From Alphaproteobacteria bacterium (GTDB lineage Bacteria; Pseudomonadota; Alphaproteobacteria; SMXQ01): 64,000 nucleotides of DNA. Below are positions 1-10,281 of this stretch, piece by piece. Location of the stretch: NCBI GenBank assembly GCA_036500145.1, contig DASYCO010000057.1, positions 23,212-87,211 of the forward strand. Reading direction: 5' to 3'. Both the position numbers and the translations under genes were made by a program. The notes under the pieces were generated by a model. It had not been told where the DNA came from, made no database searches, and saw only the letters and a list, made by a program, of their open reading frames with translations. Numbering within the stretch: position 1 is the stretch's first letter; the number at the start of each line of letters is the position of its first letter.

Positions 1-2017
1 GCTCGGCCGCCGCTTCGGCGGCGTCGCGCGCTTCCTTGTAGGTGTCGCGCGCCAGTTCGAGCGCCTGCTCGGCGCCTTCGACTTCGCCGCGCAGCGCCTT
101 CAGGCGGTTGCGCTGGGTCAGGCGGGCGGCGGCGGCGGTCGTGGTCCCGGCGGCGACGGTGTAGCCGTCCCAGCGCCAGAGCGCGCCCGAGCGGCTGACG
201 AGACGCTGGCCGAGCGCGAGCTCGGAGGAGAGCGCCTTGCCCTGCTCGTCGTTCTCCACCAGGCCGATCTGGCCGAGGCGGCGGGCGAGGGCCGAAGGCG
301 CTTCGACATAGTCGGCGAGCGGACGCAGGCCGCCTGGCAGCGCGCGCGGATCGTGCAGCGGCGGCAGGGTGCGCCAATGGATGGGCGCCGCCTCGTCGGC
401 CGGCGCCGTCAGGTCGTCGCCGAGCGCCACGCCGAGCGCGGTCTCGAAGCCCGGCTGCACGGTGAGTGCGTCGATCAGCGGCGGCCACAGGTCGTTGTCG
501 GACATGGCGAGCACGTCGCCGAGCGCCTTTTCCTCGGCGCGCAGGCGCGCGGCGGCGGATTCGGCGGTCTGCAGCTCGTCGCGCTTGGCGCTGGCGGCGC
601 GGTCGGCGTCGAGGCGCGCGCTTTCGGCGCTGGCGCCCTCGGCGCGGGTGTTCTCGAGCGCGGCTTGCGCTTCCTCGGCGGCGGCGGCGGCTTCGGCGAG
701 CGCGGCCTGGTCGATGGCGTCCGCCGCGGCGATCTCGCGCTCGCGCGTCGCCTGGGCGATGCGCTCGGCGAGGCGGGCGTGGCGGCCTTCGGATTCGCCG
801 AGGCGGCGGGCGATCTCGCGGCGCTGCGCCTCGATGGCGGCGACTTCTTCCGTCGTGCGCGTCAGGGCCGTCTCGGCTTCGGCCGTGGCAGCCTTGGCCT
901 CTTCGAGCGCGGCGACGGCGGACTCGATCTCGATGGCCTCGTTGGCGCGGGCTTCGTCGAGCAGCTTGCTCTCGGCGTCGAGGCGCGCGATGGCCTCGTC
1001 GGCGTCCTGGGCGCGGGCCTGCTCGCGCGAGATGTCGGCGGCGAGCTGCGACAGGCGGCGCTCGCAGGCTTCGCGCGCGGCGTTGATGCGGGCTTCCTCG
1101 GCCTGCAGCTGCTCGCGGGCGACCAGCAGGCGCTGCAGCTTGGCGGCGGCCTCGGCCTCGTATTCGCGCAAGGGCGGCAGGGAGGCGGCGGCCTCGGCCT
1201 GGGCGGTGGCGGCGATGCCGGCCTCGCGCGTCAGCTCCTCGACCAGCGTCTCGGCGGCGGCGTGGCGGGCGTTGGCCTCTTCGAGCGCCTTCGTCGCGAC
1301 GGTCCAGCGCAGGTGCAGGACCTGCGCCTCGGCCTTGCGGATATGGTCCGACAGGTTGCGGTAGCGCGTCGCCTGGCGGGCCTGCTTCTTCAAGGACTGG
1401 TGCTGGGCGTCGAGCGCGGCGATGACGTCGTCGAGGCGGGCCAGATTGGCTTCGGCGGCGCGCAGGCGCAGCTCGGCTTCATGGCGGCGCGAATAGAGGC
1501 CGGTGATGCCGGCCGCTTCTTCCAGGATGGCGCGGCGCTCGGTCGGCTTGGCGGCGATGACGGCGCCGACCTGGCCTTGGCTGACGATGGCGGTCGAGCG
1601 CGAGCCCGAGGCGGCGTCGGCGAACAACAGCTGCACGTCGCGGGCGCGCACGTCGCCGCCGTTGATCTTGTAGGCCGAGCCTTCGCCGCGGTCGATGCGG
1701 CGCGTCACTTCCAGGTCGGGGTTCTCGTTGAAGGCGGCCGGCGCCGTGCGGTCGCTGTTGTCGAGGGTGATCGTCACCTCGCAGTTGTTGCGCGCCGGGC
1801 GGTTGGACGTGCCGCCGAAGATGACGTCGTCCATCTCGCCGCCGCGCAGCTGGCGCGCCGAATGTTCGCCCATGGCCCAGCGCAGCGCGTCGACGATGTT
1901 CGACTTGCCGCAGCCGTTGGGGCCGACGACGCCGGTCAGGCCGGGCTCGATCAGGAGCTCGGTCGGATCGACGAAGGACTTGAAGCCGGACAGCCGGAGC
2001 TTGGTGAACTGGACCAA
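1..2017 (-). CDS. smc: Chromosome partition protein SMC, N-terminal part (gene continues beyond window start); TTG start at 2017
   Basis: Reverse-strand translation from 2017 gives MVQFTKLRLSGFKSFVDPTELLIEPGLTGVVGPNGCGKSNIVDALRWAMGE (Walker A, SMC head) followed by long Ala/Glu/Arg/Leu-rich coiled-coil sequence; plus-strand 565-aa ORF 353..2050 is its GC-rich shadow. Confidence 0.8.
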   Translation of the reverse strand, partial: MVQFTKLRLSGFKSFVDPTELLIEPGLTGVVGPNGCGKSNIVDALRWAMGEHSARQLRGGEMDDVIFGGTSNRPARNNCEVTITLDNSDRTAPAAFNENPDLEVTRRIDRGEGSAYKINGGDVRARDVQLLFADAASGSRSTAIVSQGQVGAVIAAKPTERRAILEEAAGITGLYSRRHEAELRLRAAEANLARLDDVIAALDAQHQSLKKQARQATRYRNLSDHIRKAEAQVLHLRWTVATKALEEANARHAAAETLVEELTREAGIAATAQAEAAASLPPLREYEAEAAAKLQRLLVAREQLQAEEARINAAREACERRLSQLAADISREQARAQDADEAIARLDAESKLLDEARANEAIEIESAVAALEEAKAATAEAETALTRTTEEVAAIEAQRREIARRLGESEGRHARLAERIAQATREREIAAADAIDQAALAEAAAAAEEAQAALENTRAEGASAESARLDADRAASAKRDELQTAESAAARLRAEEKALGDVLAMSDNDLWPPLIDALTVQPGFETALGVALGDDLTAPADEAAPIHWRTLPPLHDPRALPGGLRPLADYVEAPSALARRLGQIGLVENDEQGKALSSELALGQRLVSRSGALWRWDGYTVAAGTTTAAAARLTQRNRLKALRGEVEGAEQALELARDTYKEARDAAEAAAE

Positions 2018-2104
2018 TGTGCCCCCTCGTTACAGTTGGGTCATCGTTGACGCGAAAGAAGGACGCGCGGTGAACTCAAAGCGGCGCGCCCAGGCGGGCG
2101 GGCC

Positions 2105-2836
2105 TTACTTGGACGCGAGAATGGGATCGAGGATCGCGCGCAGCTGTTCGATGGGCACGCCGCTGTAGCGCCCGCCATCGATGAACAGGGTCGGCGTGCC
2201 GGTGACGTTGTAGGTCTTCTCGCCCTCGAGCGCCGACGCCAGCACGACCTGCTCGACGGACTTGTCGGTCAGGCAGGCCTTGAACTGGTCGTCCGACATG
2301 CCGCCGATCTTGCCGACGGCGGCGAGGCCCTCGAGCGGATCCTTGGCGGTGGCCCACTGCACCTGGCGGGTGAACAGCAGGTCGATGAAGCCGAAATAGC
2401 GCTCCGGGCCGGCGCAATGGGCCATCATGGCCGCGCGCAGCGCCAGGCCGTCGAGCGGGAAGTCGCGGTAGACCAGGTTGACCAGGCCCTTGTCGATATA
2501 TTCCGTCTTCAGCGCCGGCAGGATGTTGACGGCGAAATTGGCGCAGTGCGGGCAGGTCAGCGAGGCATATTCGTAGATGGTGAGCTTGGCGTCCGGGCTG
2601 CCGAGGACCATGTCGTCGGGCTTGACCGTGAAGGTCATGGCGCCGCTGGCGGCGGCCGGGGTGGACTGCAGGCGGGGCGTGGTCGACTGCTGGGCGGCGG
2701 CGGAAGAGGTCGCGCCATTGGTCGCGGCAACCGGCGCCGGAGCGCTCACGCTGACCGTGCCGAACTTCTCATAAGCGGCGAAACCGACCACGGCCACAGC
2801 CGCGACGACGCCTAAAATCACCAACATGTTACGCAT
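2105..2836 (-). CDS. DsbA-family thiol:disulfide oxidoreductase (signal-anchored, CPHC active site)
   Basis: 243-aa ORF with N-terminal hydrophobic segment and thioredoxin-fold motif LTCPHCANF. Confidence 0.75.
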   Translation of the reverse strand: MRNMLVILGVVAAVAVVGFAAYEKFGTVSVSAPAPVAATNGATSSAAAQQSTTPRLQSTPAAASGAMTFTVKPDDMVLGSPDAKLTIYEYASLTCPHCANFAVNILPALKTEYIDKGLVNLVYRDFPLDGLALRAAMMAHCAGPERYFGFIDLLFTRQVQWATAKDPLEGLAAVGKIGGMSDDQFKACLTDKSVEQVVLASALEGEKTYNVTGTPTLFIDGGRYSGVPIEQLRAILDPILASK

Positions 2837-3044
2837 CTGATTCTCCGAGACACAAGATATAGCGGGTCCGCCTCAGTCGTCCAGCAAACGAGTCGGGGCG
2901 GCGGCACCTCCCGGCCAGACTCTTGTGGATAAGCATTCGGTCCTCCACGGCTCTGTGGAAAACCTGCCGATCCGGCATTTAGGGCGCTTTATTCAGGAAA
3001 CCGACTCACCGGAAAGCCGATGAGCAGGCGGCCTGGGAATATAG

Positions 3045-3563
3045 TCAGCGGCCCTTGGTCTTGATCGCGGCGCCCAGGCGGGCGAGGGCCGCGCGCAGGT
3101 CGCCATCCTCGATGTTGGCGTCTTCATGGACGGCGACGTCTTCCGCCAGGGCCTTGGCGGGCCTCGCCGCGGCTTTCGCCTTGGCGCGGGGCGCGACGCG
3201 GCCGTGCAGGATCTTGATCTGCGCCACGGCGGGATAGCCGAAGTAGCCGTTGATGCGCTCGATAACCTGGGGCGACAGATGTTGCAACTCGGGCGCGAAG
3301 GCGCTCTCGCAGGTGACGTGCAGGGTGCCGGCGCGGCGGTCGTTGCGCGGGAAGGCGATGCGCTCGGGCGAGGTGTGGCGGCCCAGCATGTCGCCGACGA
3401 TGGCCGGCCAGTCGGTCAGGATGCCGGCCTCGGCGAAGCCGCGCGTCTTGAAGATGGGCGCGGTGATCGGCGGCAGGGTGGCGGCAAGGCTGCGCAGGCC
3501 CCGGCGCTGCGGCGGCTGCTTCGGCATGGGGGATTTGGCGGGAGACTTGGGGGCCGTGCTCAT
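3045..3563 (-). CDS. DUF721 (DciA-like) protein, divergent from mutY
   Basis: ORF 3045..3695 with likely internal start MSTAPKSPAK at 3563 (avoids overlap with mutY start at 3584); conserved DUF721-mutY divergent pair in alphaproteobacteria (established knowledge). Confidence 0.55.
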   Translation of the reverse strand: MSTAPKSPAKSPMPKQPPQRRGLRSLAATLPPITAPIFKTRGFAEAGILTDWPAIVGDMLGRHTSPERIAFPRNDRRAGTLHVTCESAFAPELQHLSPQVIERINGYFGYPAVAQIKILHGRVAPRAKAKAAARPAKALAEDVAVHEDANIEDGDLRAALARLGAAIKTKGR

Positions 3564-3583
3564 GTCCGCTATCGTACCCGGCC

Positions 3584-4726
3584 ATGAGCGCAGCGACAAA
3601 CCCGCGAAAATCCTCTCCCAAGAACGTGACGGCCAAGCGCGCGGCGAAACCTGCGGCTGGTTCTGCGCGCGGCCGCGATTCCGCCGAATCGGCAATGTCC
3701 GCCAGGGTCTTGCGCTGGTACGACCGCCATCGCCGCGTGCTGCCCTGGCGCGCCCTGCCGGGCGAGGCCGCCGATCCCTACAAGGTCTGGCTGTCGGAGA
3801 TCATGCTGCAGCAGACCACGGTGGCTGCCGTCGGGCCCTATTTCCGCGCCTTCGTGTCGCGCTGGCCGACGGTCGGCGACCTCGCCGCCACGCCGCTCGA
3901 CGACCTGCTCGCCGCCTGGGCCGGCCTCGGCTACTACGCGCGCGCCCGCAACCTGCATGCCTGCGCGCGACATGTGCGCGACGAGCTGGGCGGCGTCTTC
4001 CCCGACACGCTCGAAGGCCTGCTGGCGCTGCCGGGCGTCGGCCCCTACACGGCGGCGGCCGTCGCCGCAATCGCCTTCGACCTGCCGGCGGCGGCGGTCG
4101 ACGGCAACGTCGAGCGCGTCGTCTCGCGTCTCCATGCGGTGACCGCGCCGCTGCCCGCGAGCCGCCCCGAGCTGCGCCGGCTGGCCGAGGCGCTGGTGCC
4201 GCAGCGGCGCGCCGGCGACTTCGCACAGGCGATGATGGATCTCGGCGCGACGATCTGCACGCCGCGCAGCCCGGCCTGCGCGATCTGCCCGCTGAGCGAG
4301 GACTGCGCCGGGCGCAGGCAGGGCATCCAGGCCGAGCTGCCGAAGAAGGCGGCGAAGAAGGCGCGGCCCTTCAAGCGCGCCGCCGCCTTCTGGATCGTGA
4401 AGGGAGGCGACGTGCTGCTGCGCCGCCGCGCGCCGAGCGGCCTGCTCGGCGGCATGCTGGAAGTGCCGTCGAGCGCATGGCACGAGGGCGATCTCGACCT
4501 CAAGGCGGCCGAGGCGGAAGCGCCGCTGCAACTAAAGTGGGTCACGCTGCCCGGCGTCGTGCGCCACGGCTTCACGCATTTCGAGCTGGAGTTCACCGTG
4601 CTCGCCGCCCACGCGCGGCCGGGCGTCAACACGCCGGAGGATTGCATCTGGTGGCCGCGCGCGAAGATCGCCGAGGCGGGCCTGCCGACGGTGTTCGCCA
4701 AGATCGCCAAGCACGCGCCGGGCTGA
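3584..4726 (+). CDS. mutY: A/G-specific adenine DNA glycosylase MutY
   Basis: 380-aa ORF; HhH-GPD motifs (LPGVGPYTAAAV), 4Fe-4S cluster Cys motif CTPRSPACAICPLSEDC, C-terminal NUDIX-like domain. Confidence 0.9.
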   Translation: MSAATNPRKSSPKNVTAKRAAKPAAGSARGRDSAESAMSARVLRWYDRHRRVLPWRALPGEAADPYKVWLSEIMLQQTTVAAVGPYFRAFVSRWPTVGDLAATPLDDLLAAWAGLGYYARARNLHACARHVRDELGGVFPDTLEGLLALPGVGPYTAAAVAAIAFDLPAAAVDGNVERVVSRLHAVTAPLPASRPELRRLAEALVPQRRAGDFAQAMMDLGATICTPRSPACAICPLSEDCAGRRQGIQAELPKKAAKKARPFKRAAAFWIVKGGDVLLRRRAPSGLLGGMLEVPSSAWHEGDLDLKAAEAEAPLQLKWVTLPGVVRHGFTHFELEFTVLAAHARPGVNTPEDCIWWPRAKIAEAGLPTVFAKIAKHAPG

Positions 4727-4744
4727 GTCTTTCGCGCAACGAGA

Positions 4745-4774
4745 AAGGGCGTCGCTGCCGGCGACGCCCTTTTC
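4745..4774. terminator. Bidirectional rho-independent terminator between convergent mutY and Bug-like gene
   Basis: Hairpin aagGGCGTCGCtgccgGCGACGCCCttttc with T-run. Confidence 0.5.
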
Positions 4775-4801
4775 GTCTGCGTGGCGTTTATGTCGCTTCG
4801 T

Positions 4802-5875
4802 TCACTCGTATCCCATCGCCACGCGGGCCTTGCGCATGATCTCCGGCGGCGTGTCGTAGACGGCGGCGACGAGGCGCTGGATCTCCTCGCCGGGGGAGGG
4901 CTCGATGTCGAAGCCGCGCGCCGACATCTCCTTGCGCAGCTCCGGATCGTTGATCGCGCTCATGAAGGCGCCGCGCAGGGCGTTGATGCGTTCGGGCGGC
5001 ACGGTGGCGCCCGTCACGAAGGGGCGGCCGAACTGCTCCTGCATGTCGTAGAGCGTCAGAATCTGCCGTTCCTCCTCGGTCTTGGCGAAGTCGACGGCGG
5101 CGGGCACGCCGACCATCTCCTTCAAGTCGGGCGGGATGGGCTTCGAGCCCTGGTGCGACAGGCCGCGCACGAAGTTGCTGGTGAACCATTCGGGCTTCGT
5201 CGCGATGACGTTGAGGTAGCTGGCGCCGCACAGGCCCTGCACCTCGCCGCGATCCACCGCCAGGAAGATGTCAGCGTTGCCGGGGTAGCCGGTGACGATC
5301 TTCACCTTCATGCCGAGCACGTTCTTCAGCAGCGAGGCGTATTCGCGCGTCGACGAGGCGCCGTTGGAGGCGCCGAGCACCATTTCCTTGTCGTAGGCGT
5401 CGGCGAAGGTCTTCACCTGGGCGTCGGTGCGGATGAAGCAGCCCTCGACGTTGGGGCTGGCGTTGCCGAGATAGGCGAACTTCAGCTCCTTCGAGCCCTT
5501 GCTGGGATCGCCGAGCACGGGATCGACGATCACCGTCGGATGGATGCCGCCGACGTAGGTGCCGTCCTGCGGCGAATTGACCGCGACCTTGGCCGCCGCC
5601 GTGTAGCCGCCGGCGCCCGGCAGGTTCTGCGGCACCACGGCTGGATTGCCGGGAATGTACTTCGCCATGTACTTGCCGACGGTGCGGCCGAAATAGTCGA
5701 AGCCGCCGCCGGTCGCCGAGCCGATCATCATGTAGACGGTGTTGCCCTTGTAGAACTCGACGACCTTCTTGTCGGACGGCGCCGACGCCGTCTGCGTGGA
5801 TTGCGCATGGGCCGCCGTGTGCGCCGTCATCATCAGCAGGGAACATCCGACGACGCCGAGAAATGTCTTGTGCAT
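4802..5875 (-). CDS. Periplasmic solute-binding protein, Bug/TctC-like (tripartite tricarboxylate transporter receptor family)
   Basis: 357-aa ORF with signal peptide; motifs GSATGGGFDYFGR and NLPGAGG resemble Bug-family signatures; paralogous to 40582..41616. Confidence 0.5.
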   Translation of the reverse strand: MHKTFLGVVGCSLLMMTAHTAAHAQSTQTASAPSDKKVVEFYKGNTVYMMIGSATGGGFDYFGRTVGKYMAKYIPGNPAVVPQNLPGAGGYTAAAKVAVNSPQDGTYVGGIHPTVIVDPVLGDPSKGSKELKFAYLGNASPNVEGCFIRTDAQVKTFADAYDKEMVLGASNGASSTREYASLLKNVLGMKVKIVTGYPGNADIFLAVDRGEVQGLCGASYLNVIATKPEWFTSNFVRGLSHQGSKPIPPDLKEMVGVPAAVDFAKTEEERQILTLYDMQEQFGRPFVTGATVPPERINALRGAFMSAINDPELRKEMSARGFDIEPSPGEEIQRLVAAVYDTPPEIMRKARVAMGYE

Positions 5876-6716
5876 GCTCTACTCCATCTCATGCCAATTG
5901 AATTGAGCAGTGGGAAGGCGAGTCACGAAAAGCTGGGGAATGTCGACTTCGAAGGCCGCGAACGGCTCTTTCACGATGGCGGGCGCGATTCGTCCGCCGT
6001 GGAGGCTTGCACTGCACGCTCGTCCGGTCCGGCGGCCGGGCAGAAGTGACGCTCAGCGCCGCGCGGCGGCGCTGTCGGCTAGCACTCGACCGCCGCGACG
6101 CGCGGCAGCCATCGACGCGAAACGAAGCAAGCGCCATGCCAGTGCCGATGTCGGATGCGCGCGACGCCGCAAGGCGCGGCGGTGGCGGCGACGCGGACGC
6201 GACTGGTGAAGCTGCTGCAATGAAGCGACTGATTGATATTGCGCGACGATCTGCGCGCTGACGCGGTCCGCAACTCTGGTAAGCGCGTTCGCGGTCCGGC
6301 GGCTATGCCGCGCGGCGCGATGCCGTGGCGTCTCGCCCTCGACGCGATGCGAAATGAGGGCCTGCACAGGATAGGGCATCTGTCCGCGCGGCGGGCAGAA
6401 AATCGCTCAGGGGGCAGGCGAGCAACTAAAAATCATAAGTATTCGTCCTAATAAATCTTGCCGATTAATTATGCATCGCGCCGGGAATTTGTATGGAAAC
6501 GCTTGGTTTTTCTACGTTGACTCAAAAGAAGAACCGTACCGATAATCTGAGTGCTTAGATCATCCGGCCCACGCCGCCGGAACCGAACGACGTGCATCGA
6601 ATTACGCGTGCATAACAACTAAGCGTGCATAACGGCGCAGCGCGTCGCTCGGCGCACCGCGCCCGCTCCCGATAGATATCGAGCTTTTTTCAAATCTATA
6701 AAAAGGGACGTGCAAA

Positions 6717-7676
6717 ATGGCATTAAGCAAGCTGCGACTCGAGACGACCGCCCCCTTCCAGGGCCTGGCGGAGCTCGTCGCCTACGATGAAGGCCTCTTC
6801 GCGAAGGAGGGCATCGAGATCGAGTGGATGGATCGCGAGAAGGGCGTCGACAAGAGCCCCCAGATGCATATCACCGACCACAAGGACACTTCGCGCTTCC
6901 TCAGCCACGGCAAGATGATGGAGCAGGGCAAGGCCGACCTCTACAACGCCTGCGAATGGGGCAACTATTCGCGCGTCGAGACGTCGAAGGTCGGCAGCCG
7001 CCAGGTCGGGCGCCGCTCGATCGTCACCTTCGCCGCCCTCGTGGTGCGCCCGGAGTCGCCGGTGCAGACGCCGCAGCAGTTCGCCAACGTGCCGATCGGC
7101 GTGCCGATGTATTCGGGCACCCACTATCTATGCCTGCAGATGCTCGAAGGCTTCGTGCCGCGCGACATGATCAAGATCGGCCGCGTGCCGAACGGCTCGA
7201 ACTACCGCTTCCAGATGCTGCTGGACGGCACCATCGAGGCGACGACGCTGACCGAGCCCTACATCTCGCTCGCCGAGAAGATGGGCTGCCGCGTCGTCAT
7301 CTCGGCCTTCCATCACGGCACGGAGGTCGCCTCCGACCGCGTCGACGCCGAGACCTACGGCAAGTTCAACCGCGCGGTGCGCGAGGCGGTGCGCCGCATC
7401 AACGCCGACAAGCGGAAGTACCTGCAGTACTTCATCGACTACTACAAGGAGCTCGATCCGAAGATCACGCAGCTGACCGTCGACGACCTGCGGCCGAGCC
7501 GGCTGTTCCTCGTCGATCCGGCGCCGATCCCGACGGAGGAGCTCAACCGCACCTACGACTGGATGAAGAGCTGGGGCTTCCTGGAGACCGGTTGCAGCGC
7601 CGACGCGCTGGTCAACGAGGAAGTCTCCATCCTCGGCACCAAGAAGGCGGCAGACGAGATGGCGACGGCGCGCTGA
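6717..7676 (+). CDS. NMT1/THI5-like (NitT/TauT-type) substrate-binding domain protein, no signal peptide
   Basis: 319-aa ORF preceded by AT-rich promoter region; fold-level resemblance only. Confidence 0.45.
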   Translation: MALSKLRLETTAPFQGLAELVAYDEGLFAKEGIEIEWMDREKGVDKSPQMHITDHKDTSRFLSHGKMMEQGKADLYNACEWGNYSRVETSKVGSRQVGRRSIVTFAALVVRPESPVQTPQQFANVPIGVPMYSGTHYLCLQMLEGFVPRDMIKIGRVPNGSNYRFQMLLDGTIEATTLTEPYISLAEKMGCRVVISAFHHGTEVASDRVDAETYGKFNRAVREAVRRINADKRKYLQYFIDYYKELDPKITQLTVDDLRPSRLFLVDPAPIPTEELNRTYDWMKSWGFLETGCSADALVNEEVSILGTKKAADEMATAR

Positions 7677-7772
7677 GCCGCTACCGCCTGCCGCGACTTC
7701 GTCCTATAACGGCTTCGTTCGCCATGCGCCCGCGCGGGAGAGGCTCCCGCGCGGGTCCGCTGGCGCGTCTGC

Positions 7773-9263
7773 ATGTGCGGGGACTTGCGTAACGATGGAG
7801 CTGGCGTGACGATATCGACTGATTCGAGCTACCGGCCGTCGCGCGCGCACCTGGACCTTGGTGGAGACTTCTACGACGAGGTCGCTGCCGCCGACTTTCC
7901 GCAGCATGTCCTGCGCTATCGCAACGGCCGCGCCGCCGCCGCCGTCGGCCTCGAAGGCTTGAGCGACGAAGAGTGGGTGCGGCATTTCGGCCTCTTCGAG
8001 CCGCTGCCGGACAACCTGCCGGCGCCGCTGGCGCTGCGCTACCACGGCCACCAGTTCCGCAGCTACAACCCCAACCTCGGCGACGGCCGCGGCTTCCTCT
8101 TCGCGCAGCTGCGCGAGAAAGGCTCGGGCCGGCTGCTCGACCTGGCGACCAAGGGCAGCGGCCGGACGCCCTGGTCGCGCGAGGGCGACGGCCGCCTGAC
8201 GCTGAAGGGCGGCTATCGCGAGGTGCTCGCCGCCGCGATGCTCGAGGCGCTCGGCGTCAACACGTCCAAGGCTTTCAGCCTGGTCGAGACCGGCGAGAAC
8301 CTGGTGCGCAACGACGAGCCGTCGCCGACGCGCTCCGCCGTGCTCGTGCGCCTTAGCCATTCGCATGTCCGCATCGGCAGCTTCCAGCGCTTCGCCCATC
8401 TCGGCGAGACGGCGAACGTCGAGCGCCTGGTCGACCATTGCATCCGCCACTACTACCCGGCGCTCGCGGCGGAGCAGGGTCCGGCGCGGATCGCCGCCTT
8501 CCTCGCCGCCGTCTGCGGCGCCGTCGCTTCCACCGGCGCCAAGTGGCTGGCTGCTGGTTTTGCCCATGGCGTGCTGAACACGGACAACGTGAACGTCACC
8601 GGCGAGAGCTTCGACTACGGCCCCTGGCGCTTCGTGCCGACCTTCGACCTCGGCTTCACCGCCGCCTATTTCGACCGCAACGGCATCTACAGCTTCGGCC
8701 AGCAGCCGACGGCGCTGGCCTGGAACCTGGCGCGGCTGGCCGAATGCCTGCGGCCGCTTGCCGACGCCGACGCCATTGCAACGGCGCAGCAGAGCTTCGC
8801 GCCCACGCTGCAGCAGGCCTTCGTCGACGCGCTGATCGCGCGCTTCGGCCTAGCCTCCGCCGGCGAGGCGCGCGACGGCGCGCTGCTGGCGGCGATCTAC
8901 GGCTTCCTGACGTCGAGCGGCGCGCCACTTGAGCAGGTCTTCTTCGACTGGTTCAACGGCGAGGCCAGCGCCGCGCGCGCCAGGCGGAGCCCGGTGGCGG
9001 CGCTCTACGAGGCGGAAGGCTTCCTGGCGGTGCGCCGGGCCTGGGCCGACCATGCGCCGCGCGACGCGGCCGCGCTCGACCATGCCTATTTCGCGCGCGC
9101 GCAGCCCTGCAGCATGCTGATCGAGGAAGTGGAGGCGATGTGGCAGCGCATCGCCGAGGCCGACGACTGGCAGGCTTTCCACGACAAGCTCGCCGACATC
9201 CGCGTGATGGCGGCGGCCTATGGGCTGGAAGCGCCCATCGTCGCGGATCTCATTCGCAGCTGA
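7773..9263 (+). CDS. selO: Protein adenylyltransferase SelO (YdiU/UPF0061)
   Basis: 496-aa ORF with conserved SelO blocks (RFAHLGETANVERLVDHCIRHYYP, GVLNTDNVNVTGESFDYGPWRF); start may be GTG near 7806. Confidence 0.85.
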   Translation: MCGDLRNDGAGVTISTDSSYRPSRAHLDLGGDFYDEVAAADFPQHVLRYRNGRAAAAVGLEGLSDEEWVRHFGLFEPLPDNLPAPLALRYHGHQFRSYNPNLGDGRGFLFAQLREKGSGRLLDLATKGSGRTPWSREGDGRLTLKGGYREVLAAAMLEALGVNTSKAFSLVETGENLVRNDEPSPTRSAVLVRLSHSHVRIGSFQRFAHLGETANVERLVDHCIRHYYPALAAEQGPARIAAFLAAVCGAVASTGAKWLAAGFAHGVLNTDNVNVTGESFDYGPWRFVPTFDLGFTAAYFDRNGIYSFGQQPTALAWNLARLAECLRPLADADAIATAQQSFAPTLQQAFVDALIARFGLASAGEARDGALLAAIYGFLTSSGAPLEQVFFDWFNGEASAARARRSPVAALYEAEGFLAVRRAWADHAPRDAAALDHAYFARAQPCSMLIEEVEAMWQRIAEADDWQAFHDKLADIRVMAAAYGLEAPIVADLIRS

Positions 9264-10281
9264 CGTTCGGCCGGTAGACCTGGTTGAGCAGGCTGCCGCT
9301 GCTGCCGCCGACCGCCGTGCCGCCGCCGGTGACGTAGATGAGGCCGTCGGCGAAGGTGGCGCCCGTCACGCCGTGCACGGGGATGGCCATGTCGGCAAGC
9401 TTGGTCCATCTGTCGGCGCGCGGATCGTAATAGTCGTGGTCGGGGAAGAGCCCGGCGCTCTCCTCGCCGCCCCAGACATGGAAGCAGCCGCGCACCATCA
9501 CGCCGTTGATGCCGCTGCGCGCCTTGAGCATGGGCGCCGCCGACGACCAGGCCTTCGTCGCCGGATCGTAGACGTCGTGCGCGGCGGTCTTGTCGCTCTG
9601 GAAGCCGCCGGCTAGGCGGCCGCCGACGACATGGATCTTGCCGCCGATCAGCGCGGCGGCGATGTGGTTGCGCTGGTTCGGCAGGTCCGGCAACGCCTGC
9701 CAGGCGTCGGCCTTGGGATCGTAGACGGCGAAGTCGCTGCCGCGTGGCGGCCGGCCGCCGGCGACGTAGATCTTGCCGTCATGCACCACGGCGGCGCCGG
9801 CGCTGCGCTTGGTCGGCAGGCGCGTCTTCTCGACCCAGCGGGCGGTGTTCGGGCCGAGCCGGGTGTCGAGCGCGTAGACGCTGTCGACATAGGCGGTGTT
9901 GGGATCGGTCTGGCCGCCGATGAGGTAGATCACGTCGTCGACCGTCGCGGCGACGCCGTGGTTGTTGACCTCGGGCAGGTCGGGCCCGAAGGACCAGCTG
10001 TCGGCGGCGATGTCGTAGACCTGCACGGTGCGCACGCTGGCGCGGCCGCTCGGGTAGCCGCCGAGCACGTAGATCTTGCCGCCCGCCGCCGTCAGCGTGA
10101 ATTCGGAATTGGGCGCCAGAAGCGGCGCGCGCTGGCCCCATTGGCCCGCGGCGGGATCGCCGCTGCGCATGGCTCCGGCAGGATCGATGGTTTGCGCGAC
10201 GGCCGAGGACGCCGACGCGATGGCGAAGGCGAGGGCGCAGGCGAGAGAGGCGGGGCGGCGGCGAAGCGCGAATGACGGCAT
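9250..10281 (-). CDS. Secreted Kelch-repeat beta-propeller protein
   Basis: 343-aa ORF, signal peptide, repeated GGKIYVLGG / DDVIYLIGG / GKIYVAGG / GKIHVVGG kelch blades. Confidence 0.7.
   Translation of the reverse strand: MPSFALRRRPASLACALAFAIASASSAVAQTIDPAGAMRSGDPAAGQWGQRAPLLAPNSEFTLTAAGGKIYVLGGYPSGRASVRTVQVYDIAADSWSFGPDLPEVNNHGVAATVDDVIYLIGGQTDPNTAYVDSVYALDTRLGPNTARWVEKTRLPTKRSAGAAVVHDGKIYVAGGRPPRGSDFAVYDPKADAWQALPDLPNQRNHIAAALIGGKIHVVGGRLAGGFQSDKTAAHDVYDPATKAWSSAAPMLKARSGINGVMVRGCFHVWGGEESAGLFPDHDYYDPRADRWTKLADMAIPVHGVTGATFADGLIYVTGGGTAVGGSSGSLLNQVYRPNVSCE

Noticed and set aside
353-2050. 565-aa plus-strand ORF (Arg/Gly/Ala-rich)
   Set aside because: GC-rich antisense shadow of the smc coding region; the reverse strand gives a clean SMC head and coiled coil.
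3250-4839. 529-aa plus-strand and 320-aa minus-strand ORFs overlapping mutY
   Set aside because: Low-complexity Arg/Ala/Pro-rich out-of-frame products of mutY and DUF721 DNA; mutY frame has clear glycosylase motifs.
6440-6716. Possible TPP riboswitch ahead of the NMT1/THI5-like gene
   Set aside because: Only weak resemblance (CTGAGTG, GATCATCCGG); no GGGGTGC P2 element or full CUGAGA...GAUCUGGAUAAUGCCAGCG core.
7704-8567. 287-aa minus-strand ORF
   Set aside because: Antisense to selO; composition-driven open frame.
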